Made by a program: the position numbers and the translations under genes. This document shows positions 11,104-23,925 of a DNA stretch of 64,000 bases, piece by piece. The DNA is taken from assembly GCF_006345805.1 (NCBI RefSeq), contig NC_042997.1, positions 211,110,001 to 211,174,000 of the forward strand. Direction: 5' to 3'. Every line of letters starts with the position of its first letter. Positions within the stretch are counted from its first letter, which is position 1. The notes below the pieces were generated by a model. The model ran no database searches. It was not told the origin of the DNA and saw only the letters and a program-made list of their open reading frames with translations. Source of the DNA: Octopus sinensis (taxonomy: Eukaryota).

Positions 11104-11834
11104 AATATGTTCCTAGTATGGACGAAACCTAGAGGGACCAAATTACACATGTAAAATGCAGAACTAAATTACTTGCCTGTTTTTGGCTCTTGTACTTCAC
11201 TAGTGATGACTAATAAGGATTGTGTCTAACATAATCAGAACACCTAAAATCTGAGAGGGGGTTTTGTCTATTAGATCAGATTGGAGCCCGATGCAGCCTC
11301 CTGGCTTCCCAGACCCCAGTTGAACCGTCCAACCCATGCCAATGATGATGATGATTGACTTCAGTTACTTCTCAGATACTTTAGTTTATTGAACCTAAAA
11401 GGATGAAAGGCGGTGCTGATCCCAATGGGATTTCTATTCAGATTTGAATAAAGGAGTAGAAGAAACACAACAAGGTATTTTGTCCAGCAAGTTTACCAAT
11501 CTTGTTTCAGATGAGTATGTTAGGCACAAGGCTACAAATTTGGGAAGAACAATATAGACTATTTAATTACCCCTTTGTACTTAAGTGGAATGCTTTGTGA
11601 TTTGAACATTGCACTGATGGTCTCAAGACTGCAGTTTTGAATCCCAGACTGGGCAGTGCATTATATCACATTGCTCCAGTTCATTCAGAGGTAAATGAGT
11701 AACCCTGCAACAGACTAGCATCCCATCCAGGTGTGGATGGGTCATTTTGATCACTTTTACACCATGGAAAGCAGGTAATTGGTCAGCTGTCCAGAGGTCG
11801 CTAAAGTTGATGAGGAGTGGCTCGTTAGAGCTGT

Positions 11835-12875
11835 TCAAGCCGTGTCAGTAAGGTGAGAGTCAGCCTTGAATACAAGATGGAGTTTACCAGGGACCAGTCC
11901 ACTCTTCTGCATCATAGTTCTCCAGGCCATAACAGAGCAATTCAAAACTGGATGCCCATGGGAAATGCTATATGCTGATGAGCTTGCTCTTATTGCAGAA
12001 TCTGAAGCAGAAGTGGAGAAGAAGTTTTGGGTCTCGAAGCAAAACCTGGAATCAATGAGCCTGAAAGTTAACTTAGCAAAGACTAAAGTTGTTATAAGCA
12101 AGAAAGCAGACAAGACTCCCCTTCCATCAGGTAGATGGAAAATGGTGGTGGTGGTGGTGGAGGTGGAGGTATGTAGGGAAGGGGTCTAAGCTATGGATGC
12201 ATAAGAGATGCAGTGGAATCGTAGGTAGGTTAACAGATGGGGTTGCTTTCATGTGTGGCAGATGTGCAGGAACAATAAGCACTAAGGGCACGAGGGACTT
12301 TGTCAAATGCCCAGGAGGCTCTCTTGAGGTAGTAAATAGTTTCTGCTATTTAGGTGACCAGATTAGTAAAGGGGGTGGATGCTCTGCAAGTATTGTTTCT
12401 AGAATAAGAATAGGGTGGAGGAAGTTCAGAGAGCTGCTACCTCTGTTGGCAACGAAAGGACTCTCAGAGTGAAAGGTAGATTGTATGATGCCTGTGTGCC
12501 AACGGCTGTATTACACGATAGGGGGACATGGGCTTTGACTGGAGAGGAATGAACATTGTATGCTTCATTGGATTTGCAACACGAGTGTGCATGACCAACA
12601 GAGCAGAACTGTATTGAGAGAAAAGTTGGGCATAAGAGGGACTGGAATGTGGCGTGCAGGAGAGGAGAATGTGGTGGTTTGGACTTGTGATGTGTCTGTG
12701 TGTGAAGAAGTGCCTGTCACTGAAGGTGGATGATACCTATGGGAGAAGGAGGCTGAGGAAGGCATGGGAGGAAGTGGTGAGGACTGATCTTAGGCTCACA
12801 GACGAAATGACAATGGACCAAAATATTTGGCACTATGAGGCTCTACCTGCCCACATTGGCAAAACTGAGGGCTAG
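11835..12875 (+). pseudogene. RTE reverse-transcriptase C-terminal half, disrupted
   Basis: PLLFxIV..CPWEMLYADELALIAES..KTKV; HKRCSG..CGRC; SFCYLGDQ..RIRIGWRKFRELLPLL; ERRMWWFG..GRRRLRKAWEEVV. Confidence 0.92.
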
Positions 12876-13248
12876 AAGTGTTGTGTCCCACCCACGTGTA
12901 ACAGCAACCTTTTCACAAACCCTACCCCAAGAAACCGACCTACATCACCTCTTCTAAACAGCATCTTTCTCTTCATAAACTATGATTGTCTTCCTTTGTC
13001 ACCTTTCCTGTCCTGCTCACTGTATCACTGCTTTCCCCACTCCCTATTTTTCTACCCAGGTTGTTGCAATCCCCACTCCTTACTTGTGCCTTCTTGGCAA
13101 CACATGTGTATGTTTATGTCCTTTGTACCCCTCTTTTCTTTACTCTACCATCCCATCTATGCTCTGATTCTTGTTACTTGTGAGTATACCCTGGCATTTC
13201 ACCATCTCTCTTACATTGGTATATTATTGTTATTTTATATTTCTATTA

Positions 13249-13411
13249 GGCACACGAGTGGCTGTGTGGTAAGTAGCTTGCTAACCAACCACATGGTTCC
13301 GGGTTCAGTCCCACTGCGTTGCATCTTGGGCAAGTGTCTTCTGCTATAGCCCCGGGCTGACCAATGCCTTGTGAATGGATTTGGTAGACGGAAACTGAAA
13401 GCAGCCTGTCG

Positions 13412-13442
<31 letters not shown>

Positions 13443-13642
13443 CTGTGTTTGCCCCCTAGCATTGCTTGACAACCGATGCTGGTGTGTTTACGTCCCCGTC
13501 ACTTAGCGGTTCGGCAAAAGAGACCGATAGAATAAGTACTGGGCTTACAAAAAATAAGTCCCAGGGTCGATTTGCTCGACTAAAGGCGGTGCTCCAGCAT
13601 GGCCGCAGTCAAATGACTGAAACAAGTAAAAGAGAAAAAGAG
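13249..13642 (+). mobile_element. tRNA-derived SINE (family A) with a central (TA)n(TG)n tract
   Basis: Head gagtggctgtgtggtaagtagcttgc..ggttccgggttcagtccc, then ccttgggcaagt-like core and tail gactgaaacaagtaaaagag. Other copies: 20175-20612, 30774-31430, 31815-32185(-), 38031-38492, 45069-45508, 55475-56140, 56520-56880(-), 59808-60568. Confidence 0.9.
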
Positions 13643-13772
13643 TATATATAATTTTCTAGATGGTGTAATTTAATTGTTCAATTTGAATTGATAAAAGGTG
13701 TTTTTTTCTAATTTATATGTGTGGTGGTTCTCTAGTCCTTATGCAGAGTCTGATCACCTCTTGTACTTACAC

Positions 13773-14085
13773 CTAAGATCCATCATGGTGTCTGATGTGG
13801 CTTTTTAGACCAGACAATGTATTAAAAGGACACCCACATAGATTGCATATCCAATGTGGACCAATAAGAGTTGCAGTTGAGTTCTGCTCTTTGTGGATCT
13901 TAAAATGTCTTTTGAGGCCTCCGTTAGATTTACAGACCTCATGGCATACACAGCATTGAAAGGTGTGCACAAATATACAGGTACAGTTGTTGGTGGAGGT
14001 TTGTTTTTCATGGGTCCTCAAATGAGATTTGAGTCCAGCCAAAGAAAGGTGTAATCTGACACAAACTGTGCACACATCATCACTG
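13773..14085 (-). pseudogene. Three C2H2 zinc fingers, open frame, at the LINE C-terminus
   Basis: CTVC..SLAGLKSHLRTH, CCVCHEVCKSNGGLKRHFKIH, CNLCGCPFNTLSGLKSHIRHH. No TGEKP linkers. The ORF start codon lies in an inserted tail repeat. Confidence 0.8.
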
Positions 14086-17000
14086 TTTAATGTCGGTTTT
14101 CCATGCTGGCATGTGTTGGACTGTTTGACAGGATCTGACAAACCAGACGACTTCACCAAGTTCTATTGCCTGCTTTGGCATGGTTTCTATAGCTGGATGA
14201 TCTTCCTAGCACCAACCATTTTACAGAGTGTATGGGGTGCTTTTTATGTGGCACCAGCACTGACAGGGTCACTAAAGTAACTTGCAAGACAAAACCCCGT
14301 CAGCTGGGAGTGGGGGTGGCTTTGTGCCAGTTGATGAGGTGCGCACTTATGTGCTCATATGTCCATATGTGTACTCTGTGGCTGTTGTAAAGTACATTCC
14401 TCCCACTGCTGTGATCTGTGACTGCCATTGTACTCTAGTAGCCACAATATTTACTAGTCATCGGATACCATTGTATCTCTTCGTGCTGGAATAGTAATAC
14501 ACTAACATCTTCTGTCATACATGTCAAGTGCTTTGCTATTAAACTAAACTGCCCAGTAACAAATTTTTCTGCAATTTTAGAACTTATAAATTTAGCTTCA
14601 TAAAATGCTAACGTTAAACTCAGAATATATACATCTGTATGTAATGGTTCTCAACTCACTTTGGAGTATAACCGCTTTCCTGTTGCAGTCTGTTACAAGT
14701 TTGATAGCATTTCTGCCATGGGCCCTCCAATAACTGCCTAGTTCTGAATTTGTTTTAAATTTTTAGCAATAAAGTGCATAATTTTGTCCAAATCACACCA
14801 ACGGTAGTGCCACCCTCATCCAAAAGGGATTTTTAGCCTTGTAGTAGATGAACATACCTTTAGACATAAATGACTGCAGTGTTCGACTGGTGTTGTTGGA
14901 ACTCTATACACATAAACACCTCATGCAAGTCTCCCAATGGGTGCACAAGTCTGCCTTTTAAAGTGTCATATGACCACAAACTCGATGGGCAAGATTATCT
15001 CTGGACTTTCTATCATGCTGAACATTCTTCACTTTTTTGGTCATTATGTTGCACTATTTGATGGGGGAATTTCAGTTCCTCAAACTGTGGACTGCCATTA
15101 GCTTCTGTTCAATATCAGATGTTCCCAAGGAACCGTCTTGTTGTTTAAGGATATAAAATTGTTACTGTAATGTCATGAAATTTCCGTTTTGTTTTTGTGT
15201 TGGGGTCACAACTAATTCTGTAAAGAAATGACTTTGGAAACCTTAAATCATCAAGATGAGTGACAGGATCCAACGATTGCATATATTAGATGAGAAGGCA
15301 AGCATCCATACTACAACATTTGTGTCAGGTGTAAAAGATTTCCATCTCATGTTTAATATATGTCTGAGAAATCTTGCATGTCTTGGATGAGTTTTTGCAA
15401 GGAACATCATCATCATCATCATCATCGTCGTTTAGCGTCCGTTTTCCATGCTAGCATGGGTTGATGATGTGAATGTCATAGAGGCAAACCTTGGGGAACA
15501 GCTTCAAATCCCTTTTTGAACTGATTCATTTTTCCTGTGTCCCAAGTACAATTTAAGCCTGGATAATTCTTAAATTGATTTTGGAATCTAAGCATTCTTT
15601 CCTGGAGACACAAGAAAATCCACTACATCAAGTCTGATCCCTTGGACAAATTCATCATCATCATCGTTTAATGTCCGCTTTCCATGCTAGCATGGGTTGG
15701 ACGATTTTTGACATTGGGCTGGCGAACCAGATGGCTGCACCAGGCTCCAGTCTTGATCTGGCAGAGTTTCTACAGCTGGATGCCCTTCCTAACGCCAACC
15801 ACTCCGAGAGTGTAGTGGGTGCTTTTTATGTGCCACTGGCACGGGGCCCAGTCAGGTGGTACTGGCAACAATCTCGCTCACTTTTACATATGTCTTTCCT
15901 GGAGAAGGTCTAAAACATCATCTTATTGTTCTTCAGGTTTATTGTTAAGCCCTGAAGCAGTACAGTCACTGGAGAAGAGGTTCTAGGGTTATAAAGGGCT
16001 TTGATTTAGAAACAATTCATAACCAGCAGTTTACTTGTTGTGCAATAGCTAAGATGCATCCATCACAGTCCTTAACCCTTTAGCATTTAAACCAGTCATC
16101 ATTACCATCATCATCATCGTCGTCATTGTCATCATTATCATTTAACATCTGTTTTCCATGCTGGCATGGGTTGGACAACTTGACAGGAGCTGGCAAGTCA
16201 GAAGCCTGCAATGAGCTCCACTGGCTGTTTCGGCATCAATTCTACAACTGGATGCCTTTCCTAATGCCAACCACTTTACAGAGTGGGTTGAATGCTTCCT
16301 ATGTGGCATCAGCATTGGTCCAGATATCCTGTCTGTTTTATGTTCAGTATGGCCAGATCTGGTCTCTTACACCTACTCTACAATGTCATTCTAAAATAAA
16401 CAATCACATCATTGAAATCTTGAAGCTACAAGATGATGCCTAATTCTAAATGAGCAATAAACTGGCCAAAGACATCTGAATGCCAAAGGGTCAAATATTC
16501 AAGTAGCTGTTGTAGAGCAAAGCTAAGAACTCACTTGGCGCAGAGGCAAACCGTCTTCGAATCAGTTCTCTTAGAAACCCCTTTTTAGTTTATACTTGTG
16601 TCAAGTTGGACAAACAAATCGACAAACTTAGGTGGCCGCCTCAACTTACCCAACACTCACCACTGTATCAAAGGGTTTCACAGGATCAATGAAAACTCAG
16701 CAGAAGGGAAGAAATCCCTGTTCATTTCTTCTGCAACAGTCTAATGCTTCTACCAAATCTAAATCCACATTGAGAGTAGGGGACAATGAGGGAATATCTG
16801 TCGGTAGTCTCAACAAGTGTTACAAGTTAAGGAAATACCATGGAAGTTACCAAATTTGCGCTTGGTGCCTTTTTTTCTTGTGCAGTAAAATCAGTGTAGC
16901 TGTGGAACTGGTGAATCATTCCATATGTTAACAGTTCTTGTGGTCACAGCCAATATATCCCCACCAAGCTTAATAACTTCAGTTGGTACATGCTCACTTC

Positions 17001-17330
17001 ATGCAGTTTTGACTTCCTCTGTCGTAGACTTATTATCCATTTCTTTACTAACATGGCACTGCAAAAGATTTTTCTGTGACTTATCTATTTTGGATGGATT
17101 GGGGAAAGAGGTTCTGTGGAATGCTTTATTGATCTCTTCAGAATCTGATGCTGAAAAGTATTTCTGATTACTGATTAAAACCTATCCATCTTTGAAATGT
17201 AGAGAAGCAGTGATTGATTGGTGAGGTTGAAATACTTGTTTTAACAGGCAGTACATATTCTTTGGTGTCTTTTTTGTGAAAGTCCAATTGAATATCTGTG
17301 GATCTGACTAACCACCACATGCTTGACGTT
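13773..17330 (-). pseudogene. Degenerate RTE-BovB-like LINE (RT plus C-terminal C2H2 finger array), interrupted by tail insertions
   Basis: Minus-strand remnants: SQCGFRFGRS (~16770), FIDPVKPFDTV (~16680; FIDLTKAFD motif), ARFLRHILNMRW (~15350), and C2H2 fingers at 13780-14980. Confidence 0.75.
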
Positions 17331-20300
17331 AAACAATGATGATTGGTGGGACATACAAAAATCACTGAGTACACTCCGTAAAGTGGTTGGTGTTAAGAAG
17401 GGCATCCAGCCATAGAAACCATGGCAGAACAGACAATTGGAACATGGTGTGGCTCCTGGCCTTGCCAACTCCAGTCAAACTGTCCAGTCCATGCCAGCAT
17501 GGAAAACGGACATTGGATGATGATGATGATGATGATATTTGTTGGCAACAAGCTGTAAAAGTAACTCAAAGGTCAAGGAGTTCTTACATGACACCCATCA
17601 TGCATAGTAAGTGATAAATCTGATAAGTACCTTGGACAAAATTCTGGACACTTGAGTCTCTTTTACACCTTTCTGCTGATTACAAAATAACAAAGATGTA
17701 GGTGAGGTCTTATTGTTAAGAAGCTAACTTTCCAATCATGTACTGTAAACCAGTACAACCTGTGTCAGTGGGGTAGAAAGGGCTCCTTAGCCGTAGTGAA
17801 GGCAATCTGTCTAGGGAGATAACCTTACAACAAATCCCTTGGTCCGTAGATTAGAAATACTGGGTTGACGTCCAGCGGGAACAGCTTTGTTTCATGGAGG
17901 AGGAAAGATCTTCTTTAGTGCTTGGTTGTACAATGCTTTCCAATGTGTGTAGTAGCGACACGCGCACACATTATTAACCATTTGAAAAAACTATGTCTCG
18001 ACCACAGTTGAACAATGATGATGATGCTTTTAAGTTCAGTCCCACTGTGTGGCACTTAGGCAGGTGACTTTCTGTCTTCCACTCTAGCCCTGGGTTGAGA
18101 GAAGCTGAAAGAATTGTATCTCACACACACATCTGTGTGTGTGTCTGTGTGTCAGTGTGTATATAACTTTGTTTTCATATGAGATGGTTGTAAACAAGAG
18201 CCACTGTCATGCAAGTGATGTTGTTTCTTTCTGGTCTTTCATAAAAGACATGTTTAACCATGGGGGAAACCTTGCTTGGAAACAGGAAAGGCAACCAGCT
18301 ACAGAAAATCGTATACAAAAGTGGACGTTAAAATAATGATGGTGTGTGTGTGTGACTAATGACTGAGACCTTTGGTGACATGCTGTGCTTGAGAAGTGAA
18401 ATCCTAGTTGTGGTGGGACCTGTGGCACGTAAAAAGTGCTTTTCGAGCATTGGGTCCCACAGAGGCAATGTGACCAATGCTGGTGTTGCATAACTAGCAC
18501 CCATGTTGATGGCATGTAAAAAAAAAACAACCTTTTGAGCATTGGGCCTCACAGAGGCAATGGCAAATGACCGAAACATTTGGCAATATGCTGGGCATGA
18601 AAAGAAGGTCCATCAAGCCGAGGGAAATCTAATCACTGGAGATACTTGTGTCACACAACAGGGACCTTCACCGATGGCATGCAAAAGCATCTGTTACGCT
18701 CTCAGAGTGATTGGCACTGAGGTCTGGTGCAACCCCTCAGCTCACCAACCCTGGTCAAGCTGTCCAACCCATGCCAGCATGAACAGTGGACATTAAATGA
18801 TAATGATACTGTATGTATATATATATGTGTGTGTGTGTGTAAATATATATATATAATGTTTGGTGTTAGGAAGGGCATCCAGCTGTAGAAACACTGCCAG
18901 ATCAGACTGGTGCCTGGTGCAGCCTCCTGGCTTCCCAGACCTCGGTCGAACCATCCAACCCATGCTAGCATGGAAAATGGACGTTAAACGATGATGATGA
19001 TGATATATATATATATATATATATGTAAATGTTTAGTTAAATATATTCAATGAGAATATTATACACTGAATTTACATTGAGTGCTCTATTGTATCAAAGT
19101 GTTAATACTATTAAAGTATTTATGTATTTAATATGAGTGATTATATATATATATATATATTGATAGAGAAGGCTCAGCAAGTAAAGTGAGACCACAGCCG
19201 TGACTGATGCCAGTGTCACATGACCAGCCCATTTAAAAATTTAAAAGTACCCTTGAATCATTGAGCAATACATGACACTTGATAAGACCTATTGAGTCAA
19301 GTAAAATCAAAATGGAAATTGTAGTTGTAGCTGATACCAGTGCCACCCGACTGGCACTTGTGCTGGTGGCACATAATAAGCACCATTCAAGCGTGGGTTG
19401 ATGTCAGTGGCCCCGACTGGCTCCTGTGCCGGTGGCACATAAAAGGCACTGCCCGAACATAGTTGATGCCAGTACTGCGTGATTGACTTCTGTGCCAGTA
19501 GCATGTAAAAGGCACCCACTACACTCTTGGAGTGGTTGGCATTAGGAAGGGCATCCAGCTGTAGAAACCATGCCAGACCAGATTGGAGCCTAGTGCAGCC
19601 TACTAGCTTGCCAGTCCCCAGTCAAACCGTCCAATCCATCCCAGCATGGAAAACAGACACTAAATGATGATGATGATGATGATATAGTTCTGCCAGATCA
19701 AGACTGGAGCCTGGTGCAGCCTTCTGGTTCGCCAGCCCACAATGAAACCATCCAACCCATGGTAGCATGGAAAGCGGATGTTAAACGACAATGATGATGA
19801 TTCCTGTTTTGCAAGTTACTTGGCACTTCACAAGTGCTGGTGGTATATAAAAAAAAAAACCCCAGTGCAGGGCACTGTGCTGTAGAGTAGTTAGTATTAG
19901 GGAGAGCATTGAACAGTAAAAAAGCATGCGGAAGCTGACATGGAGTACAATGCAAACCTGTGGCTTGGCGGATCCTGTCTAACCAACGAACTCCTACCAG
20001 CATGGAAAATGGATGTTAATGATGATATATAGTTTATAGATTAGAGACAAGTATTCTCCTTATAGAATACACTTTGTAGTGCTCAAGAGATACGAACTGG
20101 AGCAGGTAGGGGAGTAAATATAAGGATAAGCAAGTTGATATACAAATACATTTGATACAATTTTTTTACAGATAGGCGCAGGAGTGGCTGTGTGGTAAGT
20201 AGCTTGCTAACCAACCACATGGTTCCGGGTTCAGTCCCACTGCGTGGCATCTTGGGCAAGTGTCTTCTGCTATAGCTCCGGGCCGACCAATGGCTTGTGA

Positions 20301-20339
20301 GTGGATTTGGTAGATGGAAACTGAAAGAAGCCCGTCGTA

Positions 20340-20396
<57 letters not shown>

Positions 20397-20614
20397 ATGT
20401 GTTTGTGTGTCTGTGTTTGTCCCCCCAGCATTGCTTGACAACTGATGCTGGTGTGTTTACGTCCCCGTCACTTAGCAGTTCGGCAAAAGAGACCGAGAGA
20501 ATAAGTACTGGGCTTACAAAGAATAAGTCCCGGGGTCAATTTGCTCGACTAAAGGCGGTGCTCCAGCATGGCCGCAGTCAAATGACTGAAACAAGTAAAA
20601 GAGTAAAAAGAGAT

Positions 20615-21192
20615 AGGAGCACTCTGTCGGTTACAACGACGAGGGTCCCAGCTGATGCGATCAAGGGAACAGCTTGCTCGTGGAATTAACGTGCAAGTGG
20701 GTGAGCACTCCACAGACTCATGTACCCTTAACGTAGTTCTCAGGGAGATTCAGTGTGACTCATAGTGTGACCAGGCTGGCCTTTTGAAATACAGGTCCTA
20801 CTTGTTTTTGTCAGCTGAGTGGACTGGAGCAATGTGAAATAAAGTGACTGGATCAAGGGCACAATGCATCACCGGGAATTGAACTCACGACCTTATGATC
20901 ATGAATGGAATGCCCTAACCCATTTCTTTATTACCCACAAGGGGCTAAACACAGAGGGGACAAACAAGGACAGACATAGGTATTAAGTTGATTACATCGA
21001 CCCCAGTGCGTAACTGGTGCTTAATTTATCGACCCCAAAAGGATGAAAGGCAAAGTCGACCTCGACGGAATTCGAACTCACAACGTAACGGCAGACAAAA
21101 TACCGCAAAGCATTTCGCCCGGTGTGCTAACGCTTCTCCCAGCTCGCCGCCTTGACTAGGCAGATGGCCTAACCACTAGGCCCTGTGCCTTC
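20615..21192 (-). mobile_element. CORE-type tRNA SINE (family C), split by a SINE-B insertion at ~20918-21153
   Basis: ggagcactc.gtcggttac..gctgagtggactggagcaa..ggaattgaactcacgacc; cctaacc is repeated on both sides of the nested SINE-B. Other copies: ~5700-5905, 24658-24890, 45510-46090, 49516-49748, 59000-59322. Confidence 0.8.
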
Positions 21193-21255
21193 ACTTATAC
21201 AGCTGATGCACATATGTGTGCATATGCAAAAGAGTGTGACTTACACAGAATATAA

Positions 21256-21459
21256 ATGATATCAAGAATTAAAGGGATTGAGTAAGAGTTTTACGAGTCC
21301 AACAGCTGTTTCTGGGAGCTTGGTGGTCCAAAATAATGATTGTAACTTGATTTCATCATCAGATACCACCAACCTCCTTTATCAGGGAAGAATTTTACAA
21401 GTCCAACTGCTGTTGGATTCTTAAAACTCTTACTCAACCCTTTTCATCCCTGATGTCAT
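21256..21459. mobile_element. ~200-bp hairpin MITE
   Basis: aagggattgagtaagagttttacgagtccaacagc pairs with gctgttggattcttaaaactcttactcaaccctt; an inner IR ggagcttggtggt/accaccaacctcc is also present. Duplicate at 46152-46355. Confidence 0.75.
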
Positions 21460-21679
21460 ATATGCCCTGTGTAAGTTGGTTTTCTACAGCTGGATGCCCT
21501 TCCTGATGCCAACCACTCCAAGAGTGTAATGAATGCTTTTACATGTCACCATAACGGGTGCCATTTGCGTAACACCAGTATCTATCACAATTGCCATATT
21601 GCTTAGCTTGATGGATCTTCTGTTCAAGCACAACATTATGCCAAAGGTATTGGTTATTGCCTCCGTGAGGCCCAACACT

Positions 21680-21935
21680 CGATAGGAACTCAGCCACTTT
21701 GCCCCTGTGAGGCCCATCGCTCAAAAGGAACTCTGGTCACTTTGCCTATGTGAGACATGATGCTTGAAGGAACTCAGCCACTTTGCCTCTGGATGGCCTG
21801 ACACTTGAAAGGAACTCAGCCACTTTTGTCTCTTTCAGGCCCAACACTTGAAAGGAACTCAGCCACCTTTGTCTCTTTGAGGCCCAACACTTGAAAGGAA
21901 CTGAGCCACTTTTGTCTCTTTCAGGCCCAACACTT
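21680..21935. repeat. 43-bp minisatellite adjoining RTE ORF-end-like sequence
   Basis: Unit aaaggaactcagccacttttgtctctttcaggcccaacacttg, 3-4 good copies plus diverged ones; the adjacent ttgcctccgtgaggcccaacac reads VLGLTEA on the minus strand. Duplicate at ~46578-46830. Confidence 0.8.
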
Positions 21936-23003
21936 GATTCATAATAGTTAAAATAGTTACAGAGAGGCAGGAGAGGTCAGGTGATGAAGATATTGATAGG
22001 GGGGAAAGAAAATAGGAAGGTCCTGAACTTGTGAGCACCATGAATGATGAAGGGGTTTGTCCCAGAATCTCCTAAGTCTCCCTCTTCTAAAGGTTCCATT
22101 CAACACTCCTTTATACAGCTGTCAGCTTCCATCATATGCTCATAGAAGCATAATCTTTTCCCTTGTACACTGATTGCTCTTCTTTCGTCCAATTCTTCTC
22201 TCTGCTTATTAACCCTCCAATGTTCATGCAAACTAACAATATATGTGCAGTGAAGTGTATCTACTTAATTTCTTCCTACTCTTTGCAAATCCTCTCTCTT
22301 CAAGATCCATATCTCATTACGGTGCAGCATTGCACATGCAATATGATACATTCTTATCACTCTCTCTCTCTCTCTCTCACTCACACATTACTCCCCTTCC
22401 TCCATCACTCTCTTACACCAATCTCCCCCTGCCCTCACCCACTCCCATTGTACTGCAACTTCCCAAACACTTTACAAGTCATCAGCCCCTCTCCTGTCTC
22501 CCACTTCCAGTTGTGACTGACATGGCTACCTCACTAGTGTTGGTGCCTCAACATAAAGCAGCCAGTACACTCTATAAAGAGGTTGGAGACAATGTAAGGT
22601 GGAGAGCATTCTTTAGTCCTGTTGAGGGCATAACATCTTTAGTGGTGGTGCCAAACAAAGAATGCAGCCCCTGTACATGTGTGAAGTGGTTGGTATTGGG
22701 AAGGGCATCAACCAGCCAAATCAAGCATCCAAGCCCTGGGTTATTGGATCCTGTCAAACTGTTAAAGCCGTCCCAGTTTAGAGAGTGGATGCAAAATAAT
22801 AATAATAAACGTTACTACTAAAGGCACAAAGCCTGAAAGTTTGGGGAAAGGGGGCTAGTCGATTACATCTCCCCCCCCAATACCTCACTGGTACTTAATT
22901 AATCAACCCTGAAAGGTTGAAAGGCAAAGTCGACCTCGGTGGAATTTCAACTCAGAATGGAGCAACGGGTAAAATGTTGCTAATTATTTCTGTTAGCTTG
23001 CCA

Positions 23004-23925
23004 CATCATCATCATCATCACCAGTTAACGGCCGTTTTCCATGCTGGCATGGGTTGGATGGTTTGACTGGGGTCTGGGAAGCCATGGAGGCTGCACCAGG
23101 TTCCAGTCTGATCTGGCAGTGTTTCTACTGCTGGATACCCTTCCTAATGCCAACCACTCCAAAAGTGTAGTGAGTGCTTTTTACATGCTACCAGCATGGA
23201 AGCCAGTCAGGTGGTACTGGCATCGAATGGTGCTTTGTACGTGCTATCGGCACAAGAGCCAGTCGACCAATTGGGGGTGGGGATGGCATCTACGACGTTC
23301 AAATGGTGCTTTTTACGTGTCACTGGCATGGAAGCACTGACATCGGCCACAACTACAATTTCCATTTGATTGTGATTTGATTTTTGATTTTGATTTAGAT
23401 TTACTCAGTAGGTTTCCTCAAACCTATTGTTGCCCGACAATTTAAAGGTGCTTTTTAAATGGGCTGGTTATGCGACACTGGTGTAGGCTATCGCTGTGAT
23501 CTCACTTTCTATGTCAGGTCTTCTCAGTCACAGCATACCTCCAGAGGTCTCGGTCTTTCGTCATTGCCTCTGTGAGGCCCGTTTGAAGGTCATGCTTCAC
23601 CACCTCATCCCAGGTCTTCCTGGGTCTACTTCTTCCACAAGTACCCTCCACTGTTAGGGTGTGACACCTCTTCATGCAGCTCTCCTCATCCTTACACAGC
23701 ACATGACGATACCAGTGCAGCTGTCTCTCTTGTACACCACATTTCTCTCAGAGCGCTTACACTCAGTCATGTATGCACACTGACATTACACATCTAGCGG
23801 ATCATACTAACTTCATTTCATTCATGCCTATGCATGTCCTCCGCAGTCACGGCCCATGTTTCACTGCCATGGAGCATAGCAGTTCGCACACATGCATCAT
23901 ACAGTCTACCCTTCACTCTGAGCAA
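23004..23925 (-). mobile_element. 5'-truncated RTE (ORF C-terminus, (AAATC)n-like tract, hairpin modules, tail)
   Basis: ORF 23514..23702(-) GTCGRSRPRKTWDEVVKHDL..GLTEAMTKDRDLWRYAVTEKT. Duplicate at 47915-48854. Confidence 0.9.

Noticed and set aside
13249-13330. tRNA gene
   Set aside because: A/B-box-like SINE head followed by a SINE body; no complete cloverleaf. The same holds for all SINE heads.
13773-14159. Bona fide host C2H2 zinc-finger gene
   Set aside because: Lacks TGEKP linkers, its ATG lies in an inserted repeat, it is colinear with decayed RT remnants, and the paralogue has lost a Cys.
21345-21365. CTGATGA-T-GAAA hammerhead on the minus strand
   Set aside because: Only one base between the core halves, so no stem II, and no compatible stems I/III.
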